The position numbers were made by a program, and so were the translations under genes. A stretch of 64,000 nt of DNA from an uncultured Candidatus Saccharibacteria bacterium (GTDB lineage: Bacteria > Patescibacteriota > Saccharimonadia > Saccharimonadales > 2-12-FULL-41-12), in assembly GCA_964615775.1 (NCBI GenBank), contig CAZTQB010000003.1, forward strand, positions 39,172-103,171, in the 5' to 3' direction. The notes beneath the pieces are model-generated. The model saw only the letters and a list, made by a program, of their open reading frames with translations. It was not told the DNA's origin and did no database searches. Below, piece after piece: positions 36,561 through 46,413 of the stretch. Position 1 is the stretch's first letter, and every line of letters begins with the position of its first letter.

Positions 36561-38138
36561 TCACGGTTTGGTTAGAACTTCTCGCCAGCTCAAAATACTG
36601 TGTCCACCGACCAGTGGAAAATACGGTGGTGGACCGTAGAGCAAATTATAGTCATATTTGGTTGTATTATTTTTAACACCACTTATATAGCTACCACTAG
36701 AAGAGTCTCGAACGGCTTGCGGACAGCTTCTATTTCCCCAGTCCCATGTCCATGTCCAAGTAGTTCTGGAGGCAATTGATCCATAAAATAAGAATTTTTG
36801 ATTATCGCCGACCCAACCCATTGTGCATTTTGAAGAATTAGAGTGGTACTTATCTGGGTAGCCTACATTGCCCTCTTTGGCAATAATTGACGCGTCTACT
36901 TCAAAGTTAAAATCACCGGTTTGCGGTAAGGCATAAGGTGTTAACTCTACAGAATCTTCGGCAATTAGTCCGATAGCATCGGCACCATTTTTAGTACTGT
37001 ACTTGATGTTATCAATTATTTTAATATTCGCCATTGTGTTGGTAGCTAGTCGTCCGGCAGCAATAGTAATCCTGCCAGAGTAGACTGAGTTGGTTCGCAC
37101 CCAGACGTTATCTTCTACAAACAAGATGCCGTTAGATGGTGGAGCTAAGTTAGAATATAGCAAGGTAGTACGCAGGGCTGAATTGTAGTTTGCTTTCGTA
37201 TCTTTCTCTTGGTCGACCGCGTACATATTGTAGGTGCCGTTAGAATTTAGTTCAATCAAATATCCGCGGTCAACACTAAATGCACCGCTATTACTACGTT
37301 GTGGTAAATAAAATGGTGTTTGAGTCTTTGGTGTCTGTGAGCATGGGCTTGGTTGGGTGGCAAGATTGGCGGTTGACGAGTCGGCGGCAAAAGATACTTT
37401 TTTGATAGTGCAGAGTGTATCGGTGACAACATTGAAGTCAACTAGCGGAGTCGGAAAAATCCAGTCGGTTTTTGGCCGAGTGTTACAGTTTATTGGGGCT
37501 GTAATTGAAGAGTGGCACCAAACACCAGGGTGACTGCTGCCATCACCACCTAAGTTGGTGGGCGGTACATAGGTGGCGTTAGAGCTACTAACGATACTAT
37601 TACTGGCTCCGTCCATTCTAATACCAACATTGGAGTGAACTGGACCGTCGACCGATTCATACTGTCCTACCCAAAAAGGCTGATCTGAGGCAAGAGCAAA
37701 GTTTGCAAAAGACGAAGCTCCAATTTTGGCTTCAATAGTTCTAGTAATATTGGTACCGTTTACCTTACCTATTGACCTGACGGTTGACATGGTCGACCCA
37801 GCATTGTCGGGTTTGATCCATAGGGTGTATGTACCGACTGTCTTAGAATTATCATCTGTGTAGCTATGAACATAAGGTCCGTAGCCGAGGTTAGGGTCAG
37901 GTGTCGCGGGTGTAGTTTGGCCGTCCTTATAATCAGTTGGAGCGTGACTAAGGTGCCACAAGTAGTAGTTTATGCCAGCTTCGGAAATATTAAATGCTTG
38001 TTGACTTTTGATATTGCGGCTAACGATTTGCAGATTTGATTGAATCAGGGTAAAAACTGCTCCAGAAATTATTATAAATGCCAAAATGGCACTCAGTACA
38101 CTTGGCAGAATCATGCCTGATTGATGATTTTTTCTCAT
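36561..38138 (-). CDS. Large PilX-like pilus-associated protein (525 aa)
   Basis: N-terminal hydrophobic segment MRKNHQSGMILPSVLSAILAFIII, typical of the PilX N-terminal domain but lacking Glu5. It overlaps the upstream minor pilin gene by 4 nt. Confidence 0.5.
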   Translation of the reverse strand: MRKNHQSGMILPSVLSAILAFIIISGAVFTLIQSNLQIVSRNIKSQQAFNISEAGINYYLWHLSHAPTDYKDGQTTPATPDPNLGYGPYVHSYTDDNSKTVGTYTLWIKPDNAGSTMSTVRSIGKVNGTNITRTIEAKIGASSFANFALASDQPFWVGQYESVDGPVHSNVGIRMDGASNSIVSSSNATYVPPTNLGGDGSSHPGVWCHSSITAPINCNTRPKTDWIFPTPLVDFNVVTDTLCTIKKVSFAADSSTANLATQPSPCSQTPKTQTPFYLPQRSNSGAFSVDRGYLIELNSNGTYNMYAVDQEKDTKANYNSALRTTLLYSNLAPPSNGILFVEDNVWVRTNSVYSGRITIAAGRLATNTMANIKIIDNIKYSTKNGADAIGLIAEDSVELTPYALPQTGDFNFEVDASIIAKEGNVGYPDKYHSNSSKCTMGWVGDNQKFLFYGSIASRTTWTWTWDWGNRSCPQAVRDSSSGSYISGVKNNTTKYDYNLLYGPPPYFPLVGGHSILSWREVLTKP

Positions 38139-38746
38139 AAGTTGCTCTTTCTGTTCCTAATCGAAACTTGAGTGCTGATGGTTTGAAAGCTATTTTTTAC
38201 ATTGCCATCGCTAGGTGTTTGTAAATTTATACGAAAACCCTTAATTGTGTTTAGATTGCTGATTGGCATAGCTAAATTATTACCAGAGTTGTCTTGATAC
38301 TCGAACAATCTTACCCCACCGGTTTGGTAAAAATATGGAATAACCGTATAGGTTTTTTTGCGAGCTGTATCTTGTACGCCGTCTGGTGGATTAGCCGTCA
38401 TAGGTGTTACATCGGCGTACAGTGTTGTGCGGGCAGGGTTTAGGTAGTAGCGAATGAGCGACACGTAGTTATTATTCGGAAAAAAGTAAGCGTAAACAGT
38501 CACACTATCGCTAGTAGCCTCGGTTACATCAGTTGCACCTCTTAGTACATTTGTAATTCGCTGTGATTGCTGGGTTAAATCCGAAAAAGCTGACCCGTCT
38601 TTTTGTAATCCTAGGTATTGCCTTAGAGTAGTAACAAAAAAAGTTAAGAAAATAACTCCAACGACCGATAAAACTGTCATAGCAATCAGTAATTCAATTA
38701 AACTAAAACCTTTTTGGCTATCAGTAGATTTTTTATGGTACGACAT
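38135..38746 (-). CDS. Minor pilin with prepilin-type N-terminal cleavage/methylation domain
   Basis: QKGFSLIELLIAMTVLSVVG class III signal. Confidence 0.7.
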   Translation of the reverse strand: MSYHKKSTDSQKGFSLIELLIAMTVLSVVGVIFLTFFVTTLRQYLGLQKDGSAFSDLTQQSQRITNVLRGATDVTEATSDSVTVYAYFFPNNNYVSLIRYYLNPARTTLYADVTPMTANPPDGVQDTARKKTYTVIPYFYQTGGVRLFEYQDNSGNNLAMPISNLNTIKGFRINLQTPSDGNVKNSFQTISTQVSIRNRKSNL

Positions 38747-40295
38747 TGATACTTCCTAAACTTAAGTCGCTGGGTGACACATAACTGTCAGAACCGTTAC
38801 TGATAGTTAACTGCGTACTGCCAATTACAGCACCGGTCATATTGGCGGTGCAGTCAAGTTTGTCATTGATGACAGTTGGAGGGTTAGCTCTTGCTCCGTT
38901 GCAGGTTGTTGTAAAGGTGTTGGCACCTTGTTTTATATTTGCCGATGCATTACTGCATGGAGCATTACTGCAAATATTAATACCCTCTACGCGGAAGCTA
39001 AAGCTACTTAGATTGGTTGAACCTAGAGACAGCTCTTGTGGAGTGAAGGCAAATATCCTTACAGCAGATGAGCTATTTGAGAATATCAAGCGGACTTTCT
39101 GAATGTAATCTTGAGAAGAATAGTTAAAAAGTGGGCTTGGTGGCGAGGTTGAGTCATAAGTCGGCACATTAACTGGTGAATAAGAGCTAATGCCAGCGTA
39201 AGGAATAGCCGCGACAAGGTAGTAGGTAGTGGTGCCTATTTTGCAGTTTAAATTTTGATTGTCACCGCAAAAATAGTATGGTCCTGGCACTAAGTCATTG
39301 AAGGCTGCCAACCCGGTTGCGTTAGTAGATGTCCGACTGTCGGTTGGAGTAAAGTTATCAAAGTAATATTCGGTGTTTTTAGGGTCGGAGTATTTTTTAT
39401 AGCCACCTTTGGCATAAAGCTTTAAGTTGGCCAGTGGACTGCCAGATTTATCTAGTGCTTCGGCAATTAAGCTATTTGACGTCATTGGCTTAATCACCAT
39501 AGTCAACATTGATGGCTTTTGAGATAAGATTTTTTGACTTGAAAAAGTAGGCGTTAATGAACCAGACGGCACAATCGTAACTAGCGTTGAAAATCCGTTT
39601 TTTGAAGCGGTTAACTTGTAGTCAAAAGCGTTACTGTCTGGCTTGAGGTTATAAAAAATTGCTACTCCGTTAGAATCGCTTGTATCATTAGCATTAGTGT
39701 TGGGTGTGATGGTGTTGTTAAAAACATTTACGTTGGCACCAGATATAGGATTACCTTTATCATCTACCACAGTAACTACTAATGCACCAGTCGAGCTAGA
39801 AGTTTCGGCTACTTTTGATGAAATTTGAGTGTCCATGGCTGCCAAAACTGTCCCAGAACGGGATTTCACATCGACGTGAGCGATTTTATAATCAGCCGGG
39901 TTGTTATCTGGTAGAGTAATGCTAGCTGGTACTGGCTTGTTGCGGCAAAGTGCTAATACCAAACATCCATCGAAAGCATCATCGATGTAGTTAATACTAG
40001 TGATAATTGTATAATTTGCTCCATCGATTTTTTGTGTACGGCTAGCTGGAATATAGCTAGGGGCGATAATGCTGCCACCGCTAACTGCTAAATTGTCATA
40101 AGGTAAAGATTTTAGATACTCGATTTGATTTGAAGCAAGTGAATTAGCAACAGCTTTTTGTTTGGCCACTACAGCACTATTAACGAGCGAAGTAAAAAGC
40201 CCAAAAAAGCTAAGTACCACAATCGATAGCACGGTTAGGCCAATTACTAGCTCAACTAAAGTAAACCCACTCTGACTATTATTTAGCTTTAGCAT
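38733..40295 (-). CDS. Giant pilin-like protein (520 aa) with prepilin-type N-terminus
   Basis: SQSGFTLVELVIGLTVLSIV signal and an internal carboxypeptidase-regulatory-like beta segment (VTVVDDKGNPISGANVNVF). Confidence 0.7.
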   Translation of the reverse strand: MLKLNNSQSGFTLVELVIGLTVLSIVVLSFFGLFTSLVNSAVVAKQKAVANSLASNQIEYLKSLPYDNLAVSGGSIIAPSYIPASRTQKIDGANYTIITSINYIDDAFDGCLVLALCRNKPVPASITLPDNNPADYKIAHVDVKSRSGTVLAAMDTQISSKVAETSSSTGALVVTVVDDKGNPISGANVNVFNNTITPNTNANDTSDSNGVAIFYNLKPDSNAFDYKLTASKNGFSTLVTIVPSGSLTPTFSSQKILSQKPSMLTMVIKPMTSNSLIAEALDKSGSPLANLKLYAKGGYKKYSDPKNTEYYFDNFTPTDSRTSTNATGLAAFNDLVPGPYYFCGDNQNLNCKIGTTTYYLVAAIPYAGISSYSPVNVPTYDSTSPPSPLFNYSSQDYIQKVRLIFSNSSSAVRIFAFTPQELSLGSTNLSSFSFRVEGINICSNAPCSNASANIKQGANTFTTTCNGARANPPTVINDKLDCTANMTGAVIGSTQLTISNGSDSYVSPSDLSLGSINVVP

Positions 40296-40331
40296 TTAAT
40301 AGTATTTTAACTTAAAATCAACTAATAAAAA

Positions 40332-40369
40332 AGAAACCCCTAAAGTTTACTTACTAGTTAGGGGTTTCT
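40332..40369 (-). terminator. Terminator/attenuator after the major pilin gene
   Basis: AGAAACCCCTAA (40332-40343) pairs with TTAGGGGTTTCT (40358-40369). A T tract follows on the minus strand. Confidence 0.65.
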
Positions 40370-40389
40370 TAGATATTTAAAGCTAAAGC

Positions 40390-40842
40390 TTAGTTGCTAC
40401 TCTTCTTGACGAAGGTACCACCAGATTCTTTTGTGGCAGTTAGTTCGAAGTTGTCACAATCACCGTTTGCGACAGTGTTGTCACAGCCGGTTGGAGTAGC
40501 TACGTAACCATAACTACCGACACTTGAAGTAGCTGTTGGAGCTGAACCTGTAGACCATTTAGGGTCTTTTAGAGCGTTAGCATCAAGGCCTTTTAGATTA
40601 GCCGATACCCATGAAGCATCTTGTAGATTAGCTAACGTTGGATATTTGGCATTTTGAGCGTGATAAGCTTCTACTTGTGCAGCTACTGCTGAAACATCAG
40701 TTTCTCTTTCGCTATCGCGTGCCTTCTTTTGAATACCAGTAAAAGTTGTAATTACAAGCAACGCCAAGATACCAATTACGACGATTACAATCAAAAGTTC
40801 AACTATTGTAAAACCTTGTTCTTTTTTCTTTAGTGAGATCAT
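40390..40842 (-). CDS. pilA: Major type IV pilin
   Basis: KKKEQGFTIVELLIVIVVIGILA prepilin signal. It is 150 aa, has its own terminator, and RBS AAGGAGGGTGGG lies upstream. Confidence 0.85.
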   Translation of the reverse strand: MISLKKKEQGFTIVELLIVIVVIGILALLVITTFTGIQKKARDSERETDVSAVAAQVEAYHAQNAKYPTLANLQDASWVSANLKGLDANALKDPKWSTGSAPTATSSVGSYGYVATPTGCDNTVANGDCDNFELTATKESGGTFVKKSSN

Positions 40843-40945
40843 GAGGACCCACCCTCCTTAATTTAATTATTATTTGTTAAGTGAACCTTTTAGAATAAGG
40901 TATCATAAGCAGTATTATTATACATAAGCGTCATCTAAGTCAATA

Positions 40946-42160
40946 CTAATTACCGCCATTGCCAGCATTTTGGCTTAGACTGGCAATTGGACCCATGACA
41001 CTAGCGGCGATCATACCCACCATTCCACCTAGAACGACTATCATAATTGGTTCGATTAGTGAGCTTAGTCCATCAATCACTGCATCAACTTCTTCATCGT
41101 AAAAATCGGCGACTTTTACCAAAATTGTATCGATTTCGCCAGTTTCCTCACCAATTGCTAGCATCTGTGACACAATTGGTGGAAAATATTTAGACTTAGC
41201 TATTGATTCTGATAATGGTCGACCATTTTTGACATTTTTGGCTGCGGCAACTAAGTCGGCTTCGATAACTTTATTGCCGACTGCTCCACCAGTCACCTGA
41301 AGTGCATCTAAAACGCTAACTCCAGAGGCCATCAGAGAGGCAAATGTTCTGGCAAATCTAGCAACGGCAATTTTAGCAATCACCATCTTTAGTACTGGAA
41401 TTTTTAATAAAAACTTATGGAAGTTGTATTTACCTTTTGGCGTTTTGATGTACCGTCTGAATAGGAATATTCCAATTCCCATCACAATAAAAATTGGAAT
41501 AGCATATTTTTGCATAACGTGACTCATGCTTAGCATAACCACGGTATAAGGAGGCAATTTGGCATCAGGGCCACCAAGATCGGTCAAAATCTTGCCTAGT
41601 TTTGGCATTACAAAAAGCATAATTCCAAAAAAAGCTACCACTGTTATGCCCATAATTGCAATTGGGTAAGCTGAGGCACTTTTGATTTTTTTACGAATTG
41701 AGGCATCTTTTTCAACTTGTGCGGCCAAACGAGCTAAAATTTCGTCTAAAATACCACCGGCTTCACCGGCTTTGACCATATTGACGTATACATCGCTAAA
41801 AACATTTGGATATTTGGCTAGGGCATCATTGAGTGCGATACCAGACTCAATATCTTTAGCCAAGCTACCAATCACATATTTGAAATATTTATTTTCAGTT
41901 TGATTCTGTAATGTATTGAAGGCTCTGGTGATTGGTACGCCAGCCGAGATCATGGTTGATAATTGGCGAGTAAAGACTACTAGGTCTTTAAGCCTTACCT
42001 TACCGCGTTTAGTAGATTTTTTGGCTGAAGTCTCGGTGATAGATACCGGCTTGAGTCCTTGCTTAGACAAGCTAGAAAAGGCTGTGTCTTTGTCGCTAGA
42101 TTCGATTTTACCACGGTAAGTTTTATTATTTTTGGTAGCGGTGTAGCTGAACGTTGCCAT
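40946..42160 (-). CDS. pilC: Type IV pilus platform protein PilC (GspF family)
   Basis: Duplicated GspF domains and three TM regions. The position after pilB fits. Confidence 0.9.
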   Translation of the reverse strand: MATFSYTATKNNKTYRGKIESSDKDTAFSSLSKQGLKPVSITETSAKKSTKRGKVRLKDLVVFTRQLSTMISAGVPITRAFNTLQNQTENKYFKYVIGSLAKDIESGIALNDALAKYPNVFSDVYVNMVKAGEAGGILDEILARLAAQVEKDASIRKKIKSASAYPIAIMGITVVAFFGIMLFVMPKLGKILTDLGGPDAKLPPYTVVMLSMSHVMQKYAIPIFIVMGIGIFLFRRYIKTPKGKYNFHKFLLKIPVLKMVIAKIAVARFARTFASLMASGVSVLDALQVTGGAVGNKVIEADLVAAAKNVKNGRPLSESIAKSKYFPPIVSQMLAIGEETGEIDTILVKVADFYDEEVDAVIDGLSSLIEPIMIVVLGGMVGMIAASVMGPIASLSQNAGNGGN

Positions 42161-42162
42161 AA

Positions 42163-43980
42163 TTAACTTTCGCTAGTCACCCTTAATATCTCTTCGATAC
42201 TAGTCATGCCTCTTAGGGCCTTGATAAAGCCGTCAACTTGCATTGTTACCATGCCTTCAATTATAGCCTGTCTTTGAATATCGTCGCTTGTAGCATTGCT
42301 AACGATTCTTCGTTGAATTTCTTCGGAGTTACCTAGTACTTCGTAAATTCCCATTCGACCACGATAACCCGTGTGATTGCAGGCGTCACAACCTTTCTCT
42401 TTTGGTCGGTATAATTTCTGCAGGCTAGTCTCGGTAGAAGATAATTCACCAGTTTTGTATTTATCAGCTTTGTCTACGGGTTTGCCAATACCGCCTTTTA
42501 GAGCCTCTTTTTCTAGTTGGTTGATCATCTTGATATACTCTGGTGAGTTTATGTGGAAATTTTTGTCGATTTGATGCATAACTGCTTCATCTGGTGTATA
42601 TATCTCACGACATTCTATACACAGTCGACGCACCAATCTTTGACCGATTACACAACGTACAGTCGAAGCGATCAAGAAAGGCTCAATTCCCATATCAAGA
42701 AGACGTGGCAAGCAAGTAGCCGCATTATTTGTGTGTAGGGTTGCAAAAACCAAGTGGCCAGTTAGGGCGGCTTGCACAGCTAGTCCACTGGTCTCGCCAT
42801 CACGAATCTCGCCTACCATAATTATATTTGGATCTTGCCGCAGTAAAGCTCGAAGGCCGTTCGCAAAAGTCATGCCAGCCTTGACGTTAACCTGTGTTTG
42901 GTTAGCACCAGGAATTTTGTACTCGATTGGATCTTCGATTGTAGAGATGTTAACCGATGGCTTATTAAGTAAGCTCAGCGTGCTAAATAGACTAGTAGAC
43001 TTACCGGAACCAGTTGGTCCGGTTACCAAAATCATGCCGTGTGGCTGAAGAATGGCATCGTTAACTGTTTCGAGCGACTTGCCCCAGTAGCCTAGCTCTT
43101 CCAGCGATAGGGCTTTTGACGATTCGCTTAAAATACGCATAACCACTTTCTCACCCTCATTGATAGGCAATGTAGAAACACGTAATGCATAGACAGACGA
43201 GCCAATCTGGATTTTAAATCGGCCATCTTGTGGCACGCGTCGTTCGTCAATTTTTAGATTGCTAAGGATTTTTATGCGGCTTACCAAGGCTCCATGTACC
43301 TTCTTGGGTAATTTATTGGCTTCTTTTAAGATGCCGTCAACTCGGTAGCGTACTATAATATTATCTTCACGTGGCTCAATGTGAATATCGCTGGCACCTG
43401 ACTTAATGGCGTATTCAATTATTAGATTTACGGTTTGGGCAATTGGTGAATCCTCAGCTACATCTTCAGCACTGACACCTAAATCTTCTTCCTCGGATGA
43501 TGTCTCTTCCGAACTGTCTAGAACTTTGGTGAGTTCACTACTGGCATTACCGCGATACTGGTCTATGCCCGTCAAGATATTAGCAGTTGTTGCTAAGTGA
43601 ATTTTTATGTCAGTTCCAAGTTGCTTTTGCAAGAAGTTAATTGCCTGAATATCGTCAGGGTCTTCCATAGCTAATAGCTTAGAACCGTCTTCTTCAACTC
43701 CAAACAAGATCACTTTATATTGTTTGGCAATACGTTCAGGGATAAGCCTTAAGACTTCTCGTGGAATTTCCTTTGGGTTAAGTTCGACATAAGTAATATC
43801 AATCTCATTTGCGTATAGTTTTGCCAAGTCTTTATCAGAAATTAACCCAGCCTTTATCGCAAGATCTTGTAGGGGTTTTTTTTCGGTTTTTTGTTGAGAG
43901 CGGAGTGAAGTTAATTGTTCTTCGTTGGCTTTTTGGGCGTTTCTTAACAATTGCTCCACCAGGCTGTCGGAAATACGCAT
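42163..43980 (-). CDS. pilB: Type IV pilus assembly ATPase PilB (GspE family)
   Basis: Walker A GPTGSGKST, Asp box, Walker B IIMVGEIRD, His box and a tetracysteine motif (CIEC...CDAC). The start was set at ATG 43980 (MRISDSLVEQLL). Confidence 0.9.
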   Translation of the reverse strand: MRISDSLVEQLLRNAQKANEEQLTSLRSQQKTEKKPLQDLAIKAGLISDKDLAKLYANEIDITYVELNPKEIPREVLRLIPERIAKQYKVILFGVEEDGSKLLAMEDPDDIQAINFLQKQLGTDIKIHLATTANILTGIDQYRGNASSELTKVLDSSEETSSEEEDLGVSAEDVAEDSPIAQTVNLIIEYAIKSGASDIHIEPREDNIIVRYRVDGILKEANKLPKKVHGALVSRIKILSNLKIDERRVPQDGRFKIQIGSSVYALRVSTLPINEGEKVVMRILSESSKALSLEELGYWGKSLETVNDAILQPHGMILVTGPTGSGKSTSLFSTLSLLNKPSVNISTIEDPIEYKIPGANQTQVNVKAGMTFANGLRALLRQDPNIIMVGEIRDGETSGLAVQAALTGHLVFATLHTNNAATCLPRLLDMGIEPFLIASTVRCVIGQRLVRRLCIECREIYTPDEAVMHQIDKNFHINSPEYIKMINQLEKEALKGGIGKPVDKADKYKTGELSSTETSLQKLYRPKEKGCDACNHTGYRGRMGIYEVLGNSEEIQRRIVSNATSDDIQRQAIIEGMVTMQVDGFIKALRGMTSIEEILRVTSES

Positions 43981-44117
43981 ATGTTTAATTATATAGTATT
44001 TGTGGTTTTGATATAAGGTTATATAGGAAGATGTGAATTTTACGACTCTTTCATCTGTTGAGTAGTGGTATAATTTTAAGTATCTTAAACTAACCAATGA
44101 GGGGTATGAGGAGTAGT

Positions 44118-45140
44118 ATGGCAGAAAAAACGTCTAAAAAATCAGAAGATTCAGAAGTTGATGGCAAGAAAAAGGCTCTTAGCTTAGCATTAGAAAATAT
44201 TGAAAAACAATTTGGCAAAGGTTCGATTATGAAATTGGGCGAAGCTCATAAAACTAATGTTGAGACTTTTTCGACCGGCTCGATTAGCCTAGATTTAGCT
44301 CTTGGTGGCGGTATTCCAAAGGGTAGAATTATTGAGATTTATGGTCCAGAATCTAGTGGTAAAACTACACTTACTCTTCATGCCATTGCCGAGATTCAAA
44401 AAGCTGGTGGCACGGCAGCTTTCATAGATGCCGAACATGCTTTAGACCCAGCTTATGCTCGTAAGGTTGGAGTAGATACCGACAATTTGCTTATTTCCCA
44501 GCCTGATAACGGTGAGCAAGCTCTCGAGATATGCGAAACTTTGGTTCGTTCATCGGCCGTAGATTTAGTAGTGGTTGACTCAGTAGCTGCCCTTACTCCA
44601 CGGGCCGAAATTGAGGGCGACATGGGTGATAGTCATATGGGTCTTCAGGCAAGGTTAATGAGCCAGGCACTACGCAAACTTACAGGTATTATTAATCGCT
44701 CCAATACCACTGTTATTTTTATCAATCAAATTCGTATGAAGATTGGGGTAATGTTTGGCAATCCAGAAACAACTACTGGCGGCAATGCCCTCAAATTCTA
44801 CGCCAGTGTTCGCATGGATATTCGCCGTATTTCACAGATAAAACAGGGCGAGGAGATTATTGGCAACCGAACGAGAGTGAAGGTGGTCAAAAATAAGATT
44901 GCTCCACCGTTTCGTCAAGCCGAATTTGACATTATGTATAACCAAGGTATTAGTCGAAGTGGCGACATCTTAGACATCGCAGTTGATAAAGGAATCATCG
45001 AGAAATCTGGAGCGTGGTTTGCGTACGGCGAGGGAAAAATAGCTCAAGGCCGTGAATCTGCTAAAACTTACTTAGAAGAAAATCCTAAAATTATGGCTGA
45101 AGTCGAGAAAAAAATTCGTAGTATCAAAACCGAGGATTAA
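44118..45140 (+). CDS. recA: Recombinase RecA
   Basis: [18 protein letters not shown] and VVVDSVAAL motifs. RBS GAGGAG precedes ATG 44118. Confidence 0.97.
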   Translation: MAEKTSKKSEDSEVDGKKKALSLALENIEKQFGKGSIMKLGEAHKTNVETFSTGSISLDLALGGGIPKGRIIEIYGPESSGKTTLTLHAIAEIQKAGGTAAFIDAEHALDPAYARKVGVDTDNLLISQPDNGEQALEICETLVRSSAVDLVVVDSVAALTPRAEIEGDMGDSHMGLQARLMSQALRKLTGIINRSNTTVIFINQIRMKIGVMFGNPETTTGGNALKFYASVRMDIRRISQIKQGEEIIGNRTRVKVVKNKIAPPFRQAEFDIMYNQGISRSGDILDIAVDKGIIEKSGAWFAYGEGKIAQGRESAKTYLEENPKIMAEVEKKIRSIKTED

Positions 45141-45144
45141 ATAA

Positions 45145-45660
45145 ATGCTAGAGATTGATGCCGGTCGATCTTCTGAAATACTGGATGTTTCTAGTGGGTT
45201 CAGAGCAGAAGAAATAATTTCTGCTAGAGTAACTGATGTTTTTAAATTTTTTGCTAACGCTAATGAGCAAAGTTTTGTATCTCCATACTCCGCTGGTAGA
45301 GCAAACAGAACATGGGGCAATAGTAGGAGTGCTGAAAGACAAGCATTGTCGGTTATTGAGGAGGGTACAGATAGCCAGGGCAGTGTTATTGCGAGTATCT
45401 GCACAGCAGCTTTGACTGGTGGAGATTATCCAGCTCCTCGGATAGAAAGATTCAGAGGAGGTCAGCCTGGGAGTCGCCTTGCTAGGTCAGTTAGAGCTTT
45501 AAAAATTTCAGGTTCTCTTTTAAGAGTTGAAGGTTTTTTGTATCAAGTTCACGAAGACTCAAATGTAGCCTATGGTCCTACTAGCTCCCCAATTTGTACT
45601 TTGAGTTCCGAAAGACAAGACGGAAGATTATTGCTTTCAGTAGTTTTCTCGCCGAGATAA
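45145..45660 (+). CDS. Hypothetical 171-aa protein wedged between recA and recX
   Basis: The frame is open for 516 nt and third-codon positions are A/T-biased. RBS GAGGA lies 8 nt upstream, 4 nt after the recA stop and 1 nt before the recX ATG. The composition is atypical (about 17 Arg, 3 Lys). Confidence 0.5.
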   Translation: MLEIDAGRSSEILDVSSGFRAEEIISARVTDVFKFFANANEQSFVSPYSAGRANRTWGNSRSAERQALSVIEEGTDSQGSVIASICTAALTGGDYPAPRIERFRGGQPGSRLARSVRALKISGSLLRVEGFLYQVHEDSNVAYGPTSSPICTLSSERQDGRLLLSVVFSPR

Positions 45661-45661
45661 T

Positions 45662-46267
45662 ATGAAAATTACAGATATACAAAGGCAGGTCAGAGCAGCA
45701 GGACGTTATTCGGTTTTTGTTGATGGTAATTTTGTTTTTGGTTTAAGTGAAACTGGGTTGCTAGAATCGGGCATAAAACTTGGCCAAATAATCGACCAAG
45801 TTGAGCTGAAAAAGCTTAAAAAATTATCTGATACCGATAAATTATATAATCAAACTTTAGGACTGATTGCTCGCAGGCCGCGTAGTCGCAAAGAGATTAA
45901 TGATTATTTAGCTCGCAAAACTGATGATCAACAGGAAATTACACAATTACTTAACAAGTTAAGTAATTTACAGCTAATTGACGATGAAGACTTTGCTCAG
46001 AGGTGGGTAGAAAATCGTCGTCTACTAAAAGCCACCAGCCAACGTAAATTAACCCTAGAACTCAAGCAAAAAGGTATATCAGATGAAACTATCAAACAGG
46101 TTTTAAGCGAAGATGAAACTAACGAACAGGATGTGTTAAGGCGATTAATTATCAAAAAACGTACACAGTCTCGCTATAAAGATGACCAAAAACTGATAGC
46201 CTACCTGGCTCGACAAGGCTTTGGCTACGAAGACATAAAAACTGTTATGCAAAATATCAAGAACTAA
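45662..46267 (+). CDS. recX: RecA regulator RecX
   Basis: GRYSVFVDGNFVFGL N-terminus and repeated three-helix units. The position downstream of recA fits. Confidence 0.85.
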   Translation: MKITDIQRQVRAAGRYSVFVDGNFVFGLSETGLLESGIKLGQIIDQVELKKLKKLSDTDKLYNQTLGLIARRPRSRKEINDYLARKTDDQQEITQLLNKLSNLQLIDDEDFAQRWVENRRLLKATSQRKLTLELKQKGISDETIKQVLSEDETNEQDVLRRLIIKKRTQSRYKDDQKLIAYLARQGFGYEDIKTVMQNIKN

Positions 46268-46413
46268 TCTACTGAACTAGTTCCAATTTATAAAGTATTA
46301 TAAATTGCTATCCAGGAAGATTTTGTATTGTTGCTTAAGTTTTGGCTGACCTTATAGACAGTTTGAGCCAAATTGTAGTAACTTTTGGCGGTGAAGTTTG
46401 TTGAATGAGAAGA

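Noticed and set aside
43981-44117. The track starts at 44097 for both pilB (minus) and recA (plus), which would give N-terminal extensions and a shared start position.
   Set aside because: Conserved N-termini begin at MRISDSLVEQLL (43980) and MAEKTSKK (44118, with a GAGGAG RBS). The extensions are translated intergenic sequence.
45145-45660. Possible structured RNA (RNase P RNA, tmRNA or a group I intron) between recA and recX. This was suggested by the Lys-poor translation, long ORFs on both strands and segments such as GAGGAGGGTACAG...CCAGGGCAG that vaguely recall the RNase P P4 region.
   Set aside because: The universally conserved GAGGAAAGUCC and ACAGAAxxCGGCUUA elements are absent. There is no tRNA-like 3' end and no tag reading frame with a stop. 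The single 516-nt open frame, A/T-biased third positions, good RBS and tight coupling to recA and recX favour a protein. The question is kept as a finding, with an Rfam scan suggested.
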